From assembly GCA_937893795.1 (NCBI GenBank), contig CALCTH010000409.1, positions 1 through 61,330 on the forward strand: 61,330 nt of DNA. The letters run 5' to 3'. Every line of letters begins with the position of its first letter. Within the stretch, counting starts at the first letter, position 1. This DNA is from an uncultured Myxococcales bacterium (lineage in GTDB: Bacteria > Myxococcota_A > Polyangia > Polyangiales > Houyiibacteriaceae). The translations under genes were made by a program, and so were the position numbers. The notes below the pieces were generated by a model. The model ran no database searches. It saw only the letters and a list, made by a program, of their open reading frames with translations, and was not told where the DNA came from. This document shows positions 52,569-61,330 of the stretch, one piece after another.

Positions 52569-54041
52569 TCAGCGGTGGGGCAGCGTGGAGCGGCGGTCGA
52601 AGCGGGTGCGGATGTCCTCGACGAGCGTCTCTGGAAGCACGCCCTCCTGCTGGAAGGCGCGCATGTGGAGAATGGGCTCGCCGCCGAGGTCCGCGGCCGT
52701 GCGGCCGGCGATGCGCTCGACGTACTTCTTGGGCTCGAAGGGCGCGAGGTCGACGCCCTCCACCACCTCGATGCGGCGGCAGAGGTCGAGGAGCGCCGTC
52801 AGCGAGTTCATTTTCATGTAGGGGCAGGTCGCGCAGCCGCCGGCGGTGCTGCAGCCCTCGCCGCCCTTCACGCCGGGCACGATGGGGAGGCTCGCGTCAC
52901 CGGTCATGCTCACGGCTTCTTCGGCGACGGGGAAGACGATCTCCGCGTCGAAGCGCGCCCCACCCTCGCGAAGCACGCGCTGCACGTTCTTCACGATGGG
53001 CGTGATCATCCCGGCCTCGGTCCCGAGCACGAAGCGGAGCGTGTCCGTGCCGCCGGCCGCGACCGCTTCGCTCACCTTGCGCTCGATGAAGGCGAGGATG
53101 TTCGACGTGGAGCCGACCACGCCGCGGTCGTTTTGCTGCGCCTCGAGCCCGAGCGCGAACATCTCGCCGGGCACCTCCAGGTGGGCCGTGACGAAGGCGT
53201 CGGCGTAGTGCTCGTTCACCAGCTGCACGACCTCGTCGCCGAACATGTGGTGCACGATGCAGGTGCCCTGCTCGAAGTAGCGGAAGCGCTCGAGGAGCCG
53301 CGCGATGCTCTTCCGGTCGTGCGCCGGATGCACCGCGCGAATGGCCGCGTCGTCGAGGGTCGCGAGGCCTTCGAAGCGCGCCCGGAGATTCGCGCCCATG
53401 TAGGTGTCCGGCCCGAAGAAGATCGCCACGTCGGGCTCCTGCGCAGCCGCCTGGAGCACGGTCTGCACCACGTTCGAGCTGGTGCAGGTGATCGTCGGGA
53501 CCAGGTGGTGCGCCTTGGCCTTCGTGACGAGCGACGTGTTGATGTAGACGACGTGAAGCGCCTTGTCCGTGCGCTGCGCTTCCGTGAGGTAGGCGCCGTA
53601 GGCGCGCGCCTCCGCGGACTCGGCGAGAGAACAGCCGATGGGGTCCGCCGCGACGCGGTAAACGGGCACCTCGGCGTGGCCCGCCGCGTCCAGCATCGCC
53701 CGCGCGTTCTCGCTCATGAAGTCCACGCCGAGCACGACGACGGTGCGCACGCCGGCATCCACCATCTTCACGCCCCGGTCGGCCATGAGCAGCGAGTCGC
53801 TCACGCCGATGTGCTCCCACTCGCAGCTCGCGAGCACGCCCTGGAGCTCCGGGTCCATGTAGTAATGCGCGACCACGCCGATGTGCCTCTCGCGGAGCAG
53901 TGCGTCGAGCTCACGCACCACGGCGAGGTCCGGCGTCAGGAAGGTCTTCTGCGCCTCAGCGAAGCTCCCGCGCGCGTACAAGCCGTCGGGCGTGATGCGG
54001 AGGGAGGGGAAGACGGGCAGGCCGTTCATGCGCGGGAGCAT
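52569..54041 (-). CDS. nadA: Quinolinate synthase (long form)
   Basis: 'VVAHYYMDPELQ', 'DSLLMA', 'VVLGVDFMSENA' and the three Fe-S cysteines in 'IGCSLAE', 'GTCIVHHMF' and 'CATCPYMKMN'. The start is ATG 54041 or 54029. Confidence 0.85.
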   Translation of the reverse strand: MLPRMNGLPVFPSLRITPDGLYARGSFAEAQKTFLTPDLAVVRELDALLRERHIGVVAHYYMDPELQGVLASCEWEHIGVSDSLLMADRGVKMVDAGVRTVVVLGVDFMSENARAMLDAAGHAEVPVYRVAADPIGCSLAESAEARAYGAYLTEAQRTDKALHVVYINTSLVTKAKAHHLVPTITCTSSNVVQTVLQAAAQEPDVAIFFGPDTYMGANLRARFEGLATLDDAAIRAVHPAHDRKSIARLLERFRYFEQGTCIVHHMFGDEVVQLVNEHYADAFVTAHLEVPGEMFALGLEAQQNDRGVVGSTSNILAFIERKVSEAVAAGGTDTLRFVLGTEAGMITPIVKNVQRVLREGGARFDAEIVFPVAEEAVSMTGDASLPIVPGVKGGEGCSTAGGCATCPYMKMNSLTALLDLCRRIEVVEGVDLAPFEPKKYVERIAGRTAADLGGEPILHMRAFQQEGVLPETLVEDIRTRFDRRSTLPHR

Positions 54042-54117
54042 AGGGCTCCCGGGTCCCCCGCGGGAGCCGCCCGCCGTCACGACGCCGGCCGTCGCCTCAT
54101 GCCCCGCGCGGCGCTAC

Positions 54118-55278
54118 ATGCCCCACGTGCTCGACACGTCCGTCTACGTGCACTTTCCCTGGTGCGCGAAGAAGTGTCCTTACTGCGACTTCGCGACGCG
54201 GAAGCGGCCGGCGGAGGCCATCCCGCACGAGGCCTACGCGGACGCGCTGCTGCGCGAGCTCGTGCTGCGTGGGGATCTCCGCGGCAGGCGCCTCGTGAGC
54301 GTATTCTTCGGCGGCGGCACGCCCTCGCTCTGGGCTGCCGAGGCGCTGGGCCGCGTCCTGGCGGGCATCCGGGGCGCCTTCGAGCACGAGGCGCCGGAGC
54401 TCGAGGTCACGGCCGAGTGCAATCCCCAGAGCCTCACCGCGGAGAAGGCGCGGGGCTTCGCCGCCGCCGGGGTCAACCGCTTGAGCGTCGGGGTGCAGTC
54501 GCTGCGCGACGACCAGCTCCGCTTCCTCGGTCGCCTCCACGACCGGGAGGGGGCGCTGAGGGCGCTTTCCGACGCCGCGGCCGCCGTGCCTCGCGTCAGC
54601 GCCGACCTGATGTTCGGCATGCCCAAGCAACACGCCATGGACGCCGAAATCGAGGCCGTGCTGGCGACGGGCGTCGAGCACGTGAGCGCCTATTCGCTCA
54701 CCATCGAGCCCGGCACCCAGTTCGGCGAGCTGAGTCGGCTGGGGCGCCTCGAGGTGGCCCCCGACGACGACGTCGCGCGCATGTTCCAGGCCGCCGAGGC
54801 GCGCTTCGCGGAGGACGGCTTCGCCCACTACGAGGTGTCCAACTACGCCCGCGCGGGCGCCGAGGCGCGGCACAACCAGCATTACTGGCGCGGTGGCGAC
54901 TACCTGGCGCTCGGGGCCGCGGCGGTCGGTTGCCTCGGGGAGGGAGCGGCCGCGCGCCGATACCGCAACGTGAAGGATGGCGACGCCTACCTCGAGGCCG
55001 TGGGCGGGGCCGCGTCGGCCGCCGACGTCGAGGGCTGGCGGGAGACGCTCGGCCCGGAGGAGCGGATCCAAGAGGCGCTCATGCTCGGTCTTCGCACGAC
55101 GGAGGGCGTCGACCTCGGGGCGCTCGAGGCCCGGCTCGGCTGCGATCCGCTGACCGGGCGCGAGGCGGCCGTGGAGCGCGCCCTCGCGACCGGCGAGCTC
55201 GTGCGCGAGGGAGGTCGGCTCATCGCCCCCCGCGCGCAGTGGCTCCATCTGGACGGCATCACCGCCCGGCTCTTCTGA
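54118..55278 (+). CDS. hemW: Radical SAM haem chaperone / oxygen-independent coproporphyrinogen oxidase-like protein (HemN/HemW family)
   Basis: In-frame ATG 54118. 'VYVHFPWCAKKCPYCDF' is the CxxxCxxC radical-SAM motif in the HemW context. 'GGGTPS' and 'HVSAYSLTIEPGTQF' are also present. Confidence 0.85.
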   Translation: MPHVLDTSVYVHFPWCAKKCPYCDFATRKRPAEAIPHEAYADALLRELVLRGDLRGRRLVSVFFGGGTPSLWAAEALGRVLAGIRGAFEHEAPELEVTAECNPQSLTAEKARGFAAAGVNRLSVGVQSLRDDQLRFLGRLHDREGALRALSDAAAAVPRVSADLMFGMPKQHAMDAEIEAVLATGVEHVSAYSLTIEPGTQFGELSRLGRLEVAPDDDVARMFQAAEARFAEDGFAHYEVSNYARAGAEARHNQHYWRGGDYLALGAAAVGCLGEGAAARRYRNVKDGDAYLEAVGGAASAADVEGWRETLGPEERIQEALMLGLRTTEGVDLGALEARLGCDPLTGREAAVERALATGELVREGGRLIAPRAQWLHLDGITARLF

Positions 55279-55383
55279 AGACGCCTCGGGCTCTTCCGCC
55301 AGGGCGTGGGTCGTAGCACCCTCCGGAGCTGAATAGGCACACCGTGGCGCCGTCCACACTGCCGCGCCGTCCAAGAGGTCCCC

Positions 55384-55953
55384 ATGCTCCGCTCTCGCTC
55401 CTTCGCCCTCTCCGCATTCGCCGCCGTGTCGCTCCTGGCGGTCTCCTCTCCCGCCGAAGCGAAGCGCTGCGTCGGCGTGACCATGCCGGACGAGATCACC
55501 GTCGAAGGCGAGACGCTCCGCCTCAACGGCATGGGCGTCCGCGAGGCGACCATCTTCAACGTGAACGTCTACGTGGCGGGGCTGTACGTGCCGGAGGTGA
55601 GCACCGATGGGGCGGCGATCCTCGCGAGCGAAGGCACCAAGCGCCTCGTGCTCCGCTTCGTTCGCGACGTCGACGGCGAGACCATGGCCGAGGCCATCCA
55701 GGACGCCTTCGGCGACCGGCAGGCGGCGAGCGTCGCGCGGCTCACGGGCATGCTGCCCGAGGAGATCGCCGACGGGAGCACGCTGACCTTCACCTACCGA
55801 GAGGGGAGCGGCCTGGAGGTGCGCATCGGCAACCGCGTCGCGGGGACCGTCGCCGGCGCCGGCTTCGCCCGGACCTTCTTCGGCATCTGGATCGGAAACC
55901 GGCCGCCGAACCGCGGCCTCAAGCGCGGTCTCCTCGGCGGGCGCTGCGGATGA
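55384..55953 (+). CDS. Secreted chalcone-isomerase-like fold protein
   Basis: Signal peptide 'AAVSLLAVSSPAEA'. 'LRLNGMGVREATIFNVNVYVAGLYV' is characteristic of bacterial CHI-like proteins. Confidence 0.65.
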   Translation: MLRSRSFALSAFAAVSLLAVSSPAEAKRCVGVTMPDEITVEGETLRLNGMGVREATIFNVNVYVAGLYVPEVSTDGAAILASEGTKRLVLRFVRDVDGETMAEAIQDAFGDRQAASVARLTGMLPEEIADGSTLTFTYREGSGLEVRIGNRVAGTVAGAGFARTFFGIWIGNRPPNRGLKRGLLGGRCG

Positions 55954-56020
55954 GCCGCGGCGCGCGGCCCTCGTGATTCCGTCGCCGAAGGCGGGGCCGG
56001 CCGTGCTCTAATCGCCGCGC

Positions 56021-58747
56021 ATGAGCAGGGAGCACGAGCGGCTGGCCGAGGCCGATGCGGGCCGGCGTCGCTGGCGCCGCTGGGGCCCCTACGTGAGCGA
56101 GCGGCAGTGGGGCACCGTGCGGGAGGACCTCAGCCCCGAAGGCGCGGCCTGGGAGTTCTTTCCTCACGATCACGCGCGCTCGCGCGCCTATCTTCGCGGT
56201 GAAGACGGTCTCGCCGGTATCTGCGACGACCGGCAGTTCCTCTGCTTCGCCGTCGCGCTCCACAACGGCGTCGACCCGATCCTGAAGGAGCGACTCTTCG
56301 GCCTCACGAACTCCGAGGGCAATCACGGAGAGGACGTCAAAGAACTCTACTACTACCTCGACTCGACGCCGACGCATTCCTACATGCGGTACCTCTACAA
56401 GTACCCGCAGTCGCCCTTTCCCTACGGCGACCTCGTCGGCACGAACGCCCGGCGCTCGCGCCTCGAGCCCGAGTACGAGCTGCTCCACACCGGGATCTTC
56501 GACGACGACCGCTACTTCGACGTCGAGGTGGAGTACGCGAAGGCCGGGCCCGAGGATCTGCTCATCCGGATCACCGCGACCAACCGCGGCCCGGACCCGG
56601 CGCCGCTCGTCGTCCTGCCGACGCTCTGGTTCCGCAACCGGTGGAAGCGTTCGCCCACCCAGGGCGAACGCTCGACGCCGCGCCCGACCATGCGCCGCGT
56701 GGGCCGGCGTGTCGTCGCCGAGCACTATCGCCTCGGCGAGCGTCAGCTCCGCTGCGACCGGCGCGAGGCGACGCTCCTCTTCTGCGACAACGAGACGAAC
56801 ACCTGGCGCCTCTTCGGGACGCCCAACGCCTGGCGCTACCCGAAGGACGCCTTCGACGACTACGTCGTGGGCGGTCGGAGGAGCGCCGTGAACCCCCTCG
56901 AGGAGGGAACCAAGGCCGCCTATCTCGTGCGCATGACCCTCGCGCCCGGCGCGAGCGAGACGATCCGCCTTCGCCTCGAGCCCGGCGATCACCCGGGGCT
57001 CATGCCGAAGACCGACTTCGATGCGCTGATCGCCACGCGGCGCGGAGAGGCCGACGAGTTCTACGCGGAGATCACCAGCCCGGCCCTCGACGCGGACGAG
57101 CGCCGCGTCTTTCGCCAGGCCATGGCCGGAATGCTCTGGTCGAAGCAGTACTACACCTTCGACGTGTCGGGCTGGCTGGACCAGCGGGGCCAGCACCCGC
57201 TCCGCGTGCACGACGCGAGCTCCCCGGGCCGGAACGCCGACTGGTTCCACATGGTGAACGCGGACGTGATCTCCATGCCGGACAAGTGGGAGTACCCCTG
57301 GTACGCGGCGTGGGATCTCGCGTTCCACTGCGCGGCCATGGCGCGCATCGACCTCGGCTTCGCCAAGGAGCAGATGCTGCTGATGCTCTCGGAGCGCTAC
57401 CAGCATCCGAACGGGCAAATTCCGGCCTACGAGTGGGCCTTCGGGGACGTCAATCCGCCGGTGCACGCCTGGGCGACGCTCTTTCTCCACTTCGTCGAGA
57501 AGACGCTCGGCGACGGCAAGGGCGACCCGGAGTTCCTGGCGCGGAGCTTCCAGAAGCTGGTGTTGAACTTCACCTGGTGGGTCAACCGCACGGACCCGCG
57601 CGGCGCGAACGTCTTCGCCGGCGGCTTTCTCGGCCTCGACAACATCGGCGTGTTCGATCGCTCCGCGCCGCTGCCGACGGGAGGTTTCCTCGAGCAGGCC
57701 GACGGCACGGCGTGGATGGCCCTCTACTGCCTGAACATGCTCGAGATGGCCCTCGAGCTCGGCCACGACGACCGGTCCATGGAGGACATGGCGATCAAGT
57801 TCGCCGAGCACTTCCTCTGGATCGCCGTCGCCATGAACCAGCAGCACCTCTGGGACGAAGAGGACGGCTTCTTCTACGACGTGCTCCGCATGCCCGACGG
57901 CCACCCGGAGCGCCTCAAGGTGCGCTCCTTCGTCGGCCTCGTGCCCTTCTGCGCGGTGCTCGTGCTCGAGAAGGAGACCCTCGCCCGCTATCCGAAGATC
58001 GTGCGTCGCATGACGCGCTTCCTCGGGGCCTACCCGGAGCTCATCGGCGCCGTGCATCCCCTCGACCGCCCCGGCGTGGGTGGGCGGCATCTGCTGAGCG
58101 TGCTGGATGAGCCGTCGCTTCGCCGGGTGCTCGCGCGGCTCCTCGACCCCGAGGAGTTCCTGGGTGACTACGGCATCCGCTCCCTGTCGCGGGCGCACCG
58201 CGACGCGCCCTTCGTGCTCGAGCACGAGGAGTCCGAGTACCGCGTCGACTACCAGCCGGCGGACTCCACCTCGGAGACCTTCGGCGGGAACTCCAATTGG
58301 CGCGGGCCCATCTGGGCGCCGATCAACGCGCTCATCATCCGCACGCTCATCCAGCTTCACGCCTACTACGGCGACGAGTTCAGGGTCGAGTGCCCGACCG
58401 GATCCGGCAACCAGATGAACCTCTTCGAGGTCGCCTCGCTCATCGCCGGGCGCCTCGCGTCGATCTTCACCAAGGACCCGGAGACCGGACGCCGCGCGGT
58501 CTTCGGGGAGGACGAGAAGCTCCAGACGGACCCGCACTTCCGCGACCACCTGCTCTTCTACGAGTACTTCCACGGCGACGACGGCCGCGGCATCGGCGCG
58601 TCGCACCAGACCGGCTGGACGGGCCTCGTCGCGTTGATGCTCGAGCTCTTCGCGGAGATGAGCGGCGAGTCGGTGATCAAGAAGGGCCGGGTCGCGATGG
58701 CGAGCCACGTGGGCACCCGCTCGCGCCGCCCCCGCCGCCGCAAGTAG
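56021..58747 (+). CDS. GH63-related (MGH1-like) glucosidase family protein
   Basis: 908 aa. 'RWRRWGPYVSERQWGTVREDLS', 'FPHDHARSRAYLRGEDGLAGICD', 'LFGLTNSEGNHGEDVKELYYYLD' and 'WEYPWYAAWDLAFH' match a widely conserved bacterial 'glucosidase' family with an (alpha/alpha)6 C-terminal domain. Confidence 0.75.
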   Translation: MSREHERLAEADAGRRRWRRWGPYVSERQWGTVREDLSPEGAAWEFFPHDHARSRAYLRGEDGLAGICDDRQFLCFAVALHNGVDPILKERLFGLTNSEGNHGEDVKELYYYLDSTPTHSYMRYLYKYPQSPFPYGDLVGTNARRSRLEPEYELLHTGIFDDDRYFDVEVEYAKAGPEDLLIRITATNRGPDPAPLVVLPTLWFRNRWKRSPTQGERSTPRPTMRRVGRRVVAEHYRLGERQLRCDRREATLLFCDNETNTWRLFGTPNAWRYPKDAFDDYVVGGRRSAVNPLEEGTKAAYLVRMTLAPGASETIRLRLEPGDHPGLMPKTDFDALIATRRGEADEFYAEITSPALDADERRVFRQAMAGMLWSKQYYTFDVSGWLDQRGQHPLRVHDASSPGRNADWFHMVNADVISMPDKWEYPWYAAWDLAFHCAAMARIDLGFAKEQMLLMLSERYQHPNGQIPAYEWAFGDVNPPVHAWATLFLHFVEKTLGDGKGDPEFLARSFQKLVLNFTWWVNRTDPRGANVFAGGFLGLDNIGVFDRSAPLPTGGFLEQADGTAWMALYCLNMLEMALELGHDDRSMEDMAIKFAEHFLWIAVAMNQQHLWDEEDGFFYDVLRMPDGHPERLKVRSFVGLVPFCAVLVLEKETLARYPKIVRRMTRFLGAYPELIGAVHPLDRPGVGGRHLLSVLDEPSLRRVLARLLDPEEFLGDYGIRSLSRAHRDAPFVLEHEESEYRVDYQPADSTSETFGGNSNWRGPIWAPINALIIRTLIQLHAYYGDEFRVECPTGSGNQMNLFEVASLIAGRLASIFTKDPETGRRAVFGEDEKLQTDPHFRDHLLFYEYFHGDDGRGIGASHQTGWTGLVALMLELFAEMSGESVIKKGRVAMASHVGTRSRRPRRRK

Positions 58748-58807
58748 CTGGGCGGCTCGGCGCCCGCTAGCGTGTAGGCGGGGCGTTGGCCCCGTGGGGC
58801 ACGCGCG

Positions 58808-59221
58808 ATGGAGCTACACCGGGTGCGATGGGTCGTGCTTGCGGGCGCGGCGGCGCTTGCGTCCTGCGGAGACGCGCCGAGCGCACGCTTCGACGAATGC
58901 TTGGGGTCGCTCTCGACGCTCTGCGCTGGCGGATGTCCGACCGAGGCCGAGGCGCTGGAGACGGCGGGGCAAGTGTGCAGCTCCCGTTCGAGCTTCTTCG
59001 GCGTCGAGTATACGTGGGCGCGGTGCGAAGGCGGCGTGAGCGTCCTTCGCTACGCGGACGGCTTCAGCGGATCGACCGAGTACTACCGGAACGGCGAGCT
59101 CTTCGCCGCCGCCTACTCCACGGACTACAACGGCTACTGCGACGGCCGGGCCTTCTCCATCCGCTACGGACGCTTGCCCGGATGTGCGGAGCTCGAGCGG
59201 GTCGACCTCTGCGCCGAGTAG
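58808..59221 (+). CDS. Small Cys-containing lipoprotein, hypothetical
   Basis: Lipobox 'ALASCGDAPS' and several further Cys. I recognise no family. Confidence 0.5.
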   Translation: MELHRVRWVVLAGAAALASCGDAPSARFDECLGSLSTLCAGGCPTEAEALETAGQVCSSRSSFFGVEYTWARCEGGVSVLRYADGFSGSTEYYRNGELFAAAYSTDYNGYCDGRAFSIRYGRLPGCAELERVDLCAE

Positions 59222-59408
59222 GGCCCTTTTCATTCCTCGGCCGCCTTCGAGGCCTCGCGCCGTCCTTCAGCGTGCTCCACGTGGGCGCCGGACGCGGCGA
59301 GACGTCGTGGAAGCGAGACGAGGCGCGACCCGACGGCCTACTCGCGCGGGTCGCGCGGCGCCTCTCGCCCGGCATGAAGCGGCGCCGGCGTGGTACCACC
59401 CGGGCGCG

Positions 59409-61238
59409 ATGCAGCCGTCATGGGAGCCCGGCCTCTTGGTAGGTCCCTACCGCCTTCGGAAGAGGCTTCAGGAAGGCGGAATGGCCGAGCTCTGGTTGGC
59501 CGAGCTGGAGACCAAGGAGGGCTTCGAGGGCTTCTCCCGGCAGGTCGCCATCAAGGCCGTGCGCGCCCAGTTCGCCGACGACCCTTCCTTTCGTGAGATG
59601 TTCGTCGCGGAGGCCGAGCTGTCGGCGCGCGTTCTCCATCCGAACGTCATCCGGGTAGAGAACGTCGGTGCGCACGCCGGGAGGCCCTACCTCGCCATGG
59701 AGCTCATCGAGGGGCGGAGCCTCGAGGAGCTCTTGCTCGCGCTCGGCCGTCGAGGGCAGCGGCTCCGGCCCGCGCTGGCCGTGTGGATCGTGGGCCAGGT
59801 GCTCGATGGGCTGCACGCGGCGCACGGGGCCGTGGACGGCCGGACCGGCGACGCCCTCCGGATCGTGCACCGCGACGTGTCGCCTCCGAACGTGATGCTC
59901 TCGCGCGATGGCGCGGTGAAGGTCGTCGACTTCGGCGTCGCGAAGGCCGCGCGGGCGCTGGGACCGCGAACGGAGCCCGGTACGGTCAAGGGCAAGCCGG
60001 CCTACATGTCCCCGGAGCAGGCGCGCGGCGATTCGGGGCAGGTGGACCACCGCACGGACGTCTACGCCGCGGCCATCGTGCTCTGGGAGGCGCTGACGGG
60101 GCGGCGGCTCTTCAAAGGCCCGAACGCCAACGCCACGCTGCGCCAGGCGATGTTCCCGGAGCTGGTGGCACCGAGCGCATACGCGCCCCAGGTGTCGCCG
60201 GAGCTCGACGCCGTCGTCCTGCGCGGCCTCGCGACCGAGCCCGCCGACAGGCCCGCGAGCGCCGCCGAGCTGAAGCGCGAGCTTCTCGGCGTGGAGCGCG
60301 GCGCCAAGGAGGACCGCCGCGAGACGCTGGCGGAGCTGGTCCAGGCCCTCGTGGATGCGGACGAGGGCGCCGTGGAGACGGCGTTTCCGAGCGGGGCCAC
60401 CCTCGCCGACGCCAGCGCCGGCCTCGAGGATGGGGACCTGCCGTCGATGTCGCCGGTCCACCCCGTTCGCCACGACGACGAGCCCCCGACGACGCGCCGG
60501 GTCCGCGGACCCAAGGCGCCACCGGCCCGCACTCGTGGGCGACGTCTCGGGCTCGTGCTCCTGGCCTTGGTCGCCCTCGTCGCGGTAGCCCTGGCTCTTC
60601 GTGCGTGGACGTCCGAGCCCGAGCTCATCGCGGCGCGCGTCGCGTCGAGCGTGGAGGGCGAGCTGCGCATCGATGGTCGCGCTCGCGGCCGCATCGGACC
60701 CTCCGTCGAGCTCGTCTTCGAGCTGCCGCGCGGCTTACACCGTTTCGCCGTCGCGACCGACGATGGGATGCTCTTGGCGCGTGACGCCGACCTCCGGACT
60801 GGCACCCGCATCGAGCTCGGCCTTCCGGCGTCGGCCCGCGTCGAAGAGCGTGCCGAGGCAGGGGCAGATGCCGAAACGCCAACCGGCGTCGAGGGGAGCC
60901 CAGGGAGCGCGCCCGAGGCCGTGCCGGAAGTGGACCCCGAGGCGGGCGCGGCGGGCGTCGCCGGGGCTGGTGCGGACGGGGAGGGCGGCACCGAGGCTTC
61001 GCGTCCCGCGCAGCTCGAGCTCGACCTCGATGCGGTCCTCGCCCGCTGCCGCAACGACGCCGCCTGCCGGGTCGAGGCGCTCGCCGGGCGTGCCCGCAGC
61101 CCGCTGGAGCGCGCCACCCTCATTCAGGCCTACCGCAACCTCGGCCGGACCGACGCCATGACCGCCGAGATGCGTGCGTTCCTCGAGGCGCATCCGGACG
61201 CGCTTCAGGCCTCGAGCTACCGGCGCCAGCTCGAGTAG
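59409..61238 (+). CDS. Ser/Thr protein kinase with TM helix, PEGA-like domain and helical C-terminus
   Basis: In-frame ATG 59409. Kinase motifs 'VAIKAV', 'HRDVSPPNVML', 'DFGVAK' and 'GKPAYMSPE'. TM helix 'LGLVLLALVALVAVALAL'. 'GELRIDGRARGRIGPSVELVFELPRGLHRFAV' resembles a PEGA domain. Confidence 0.85.
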   Translation: MQPSWEPGLLVGPYRLRKRLQEGGMAELWLAELETKEGFEGFSRQVAIKAVRAQFADDPSFREMFVAEAELSARVLHPNVIRVENVGAHAGRPYLAMELIEGRSLEELLLALGRRGQRLRPALAVWIVGQVLDGLHAAHGAVDGRTGDALRIVHRDVSPPNVMLSRDGAVKVVDFGVAKAARALGPRTEPGTVKGKPAYMSPEQARGDSGQVDHRTDVYAAAIVLWEALTGRRLFKGPNANATLRQAMFPELVAPSAYAPQVSPELDAVVLRGLATEPADRPASAAELKRELLGVERGAKEDRRETLAELVQALVDADEGAVETAFPSGATLADASAGLEDGDLPSMSPVHPVRHDDEPPTTRRVRGPKAPPARTRGRRLGLVLLALVALVAVALALRAWTSEPELIAARVASSVEGELRIDGRARGRIGPSVELVFELPRGLHRFAVATDDGMLLARDADLRTGTRIELGLPASARVEERAEAGADAETPTGVEGSPGSAPEAVPEVDPEAGAAGVAGAGADGEGGTEASRPAQLELDLDAVLARCRNDAACRVEALAGRARSPLERATLIQAYRNLGRTDAMTAEMRAFLEAHPDALQASSYRRQLE

Positions 61239-61256
61239 CGCCCCGACGCCAGCCGC

Positions 61257-61330
61257 TCAGCCCGCGCCGTGGCTGCGCGCCTGCTTCACGTAGGCCACGA
61301 GCGCGTTCGTCGAGGCGTCATGGCCGCCGC
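61257..61330 (-). CDS. C-terminal fragment of an unidentified minus-strand gene
   Basis: The reverse frame reads ...GGHDASTNALVAYVKQARSHGAG-stop (stop at 61257-61259), open to the window edge. It is too short to classify. Confidence 0.3.
   Translation of the reverse strand, partial: GGHDASTNALVAYVKQARSHGAG

Overview
All homology calls below are made from memory of family motifs; no searches were run. The window is very GC-rich (roughly 70% by eye, not computed) and gene-dense. I support about 50 protein-coding genes and found no rRNA, tRNA, CRISPR array, transposase or integrase. The gene content points to a Myxococcota-type chromosome (inference): several Ser/Thr kinases, many lipoproteins, the 'Planctomycete' DUF1501/DUF1552/DUF1588 families and carotenoid genes. 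Housekeeping islands (maeB, ruvAB, dapF, nadA, hemW) alternate with accessory blocks. Many long ORFs in the six-frame track are antisense or out-of-frame GC artefacts and were discarded. The candidates most worth a second look are listed here in rough order of interest. (1) A stand-alone H-NOX haem gas-sensor gene is transcribed divergently from a soluble, TM-less MCP whose signalling tip is atypical (45419-47618). (2) Three loci encode lipoproteins built from animal-ECM-type modules. These are a BNR/Asp-box propeller plus a thrombospondin-like protein with EGF-like repeats and a TSP C-terminal-like domain (23914-28597), and two multi-module spondin_N-like proteins (14121-15449 and 50297-52345), the second apparently co-transcribed with an Ig-like/beta-propeller lipoprotein. 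(3) A translationally coupled four-gene periplasmic operon runs Cys-rich lipoprotein, CxxCH DUF1588-like, DUF1501, PSCyt1-like cytochrome c (34392-38358), and a DUF1592/1588 + DUF1552 pair lies nearby. (4) Two cassettes have no recognisable function: 17674-20454, and the overlapping pair 32707-34327. Small DNA-level oddities are a six-tract G-quadruplex microsatellite, an intercistronic C9 homopolymer, operator-like palindromes and an AT-rich linker inside a tandem ArsR fusion.
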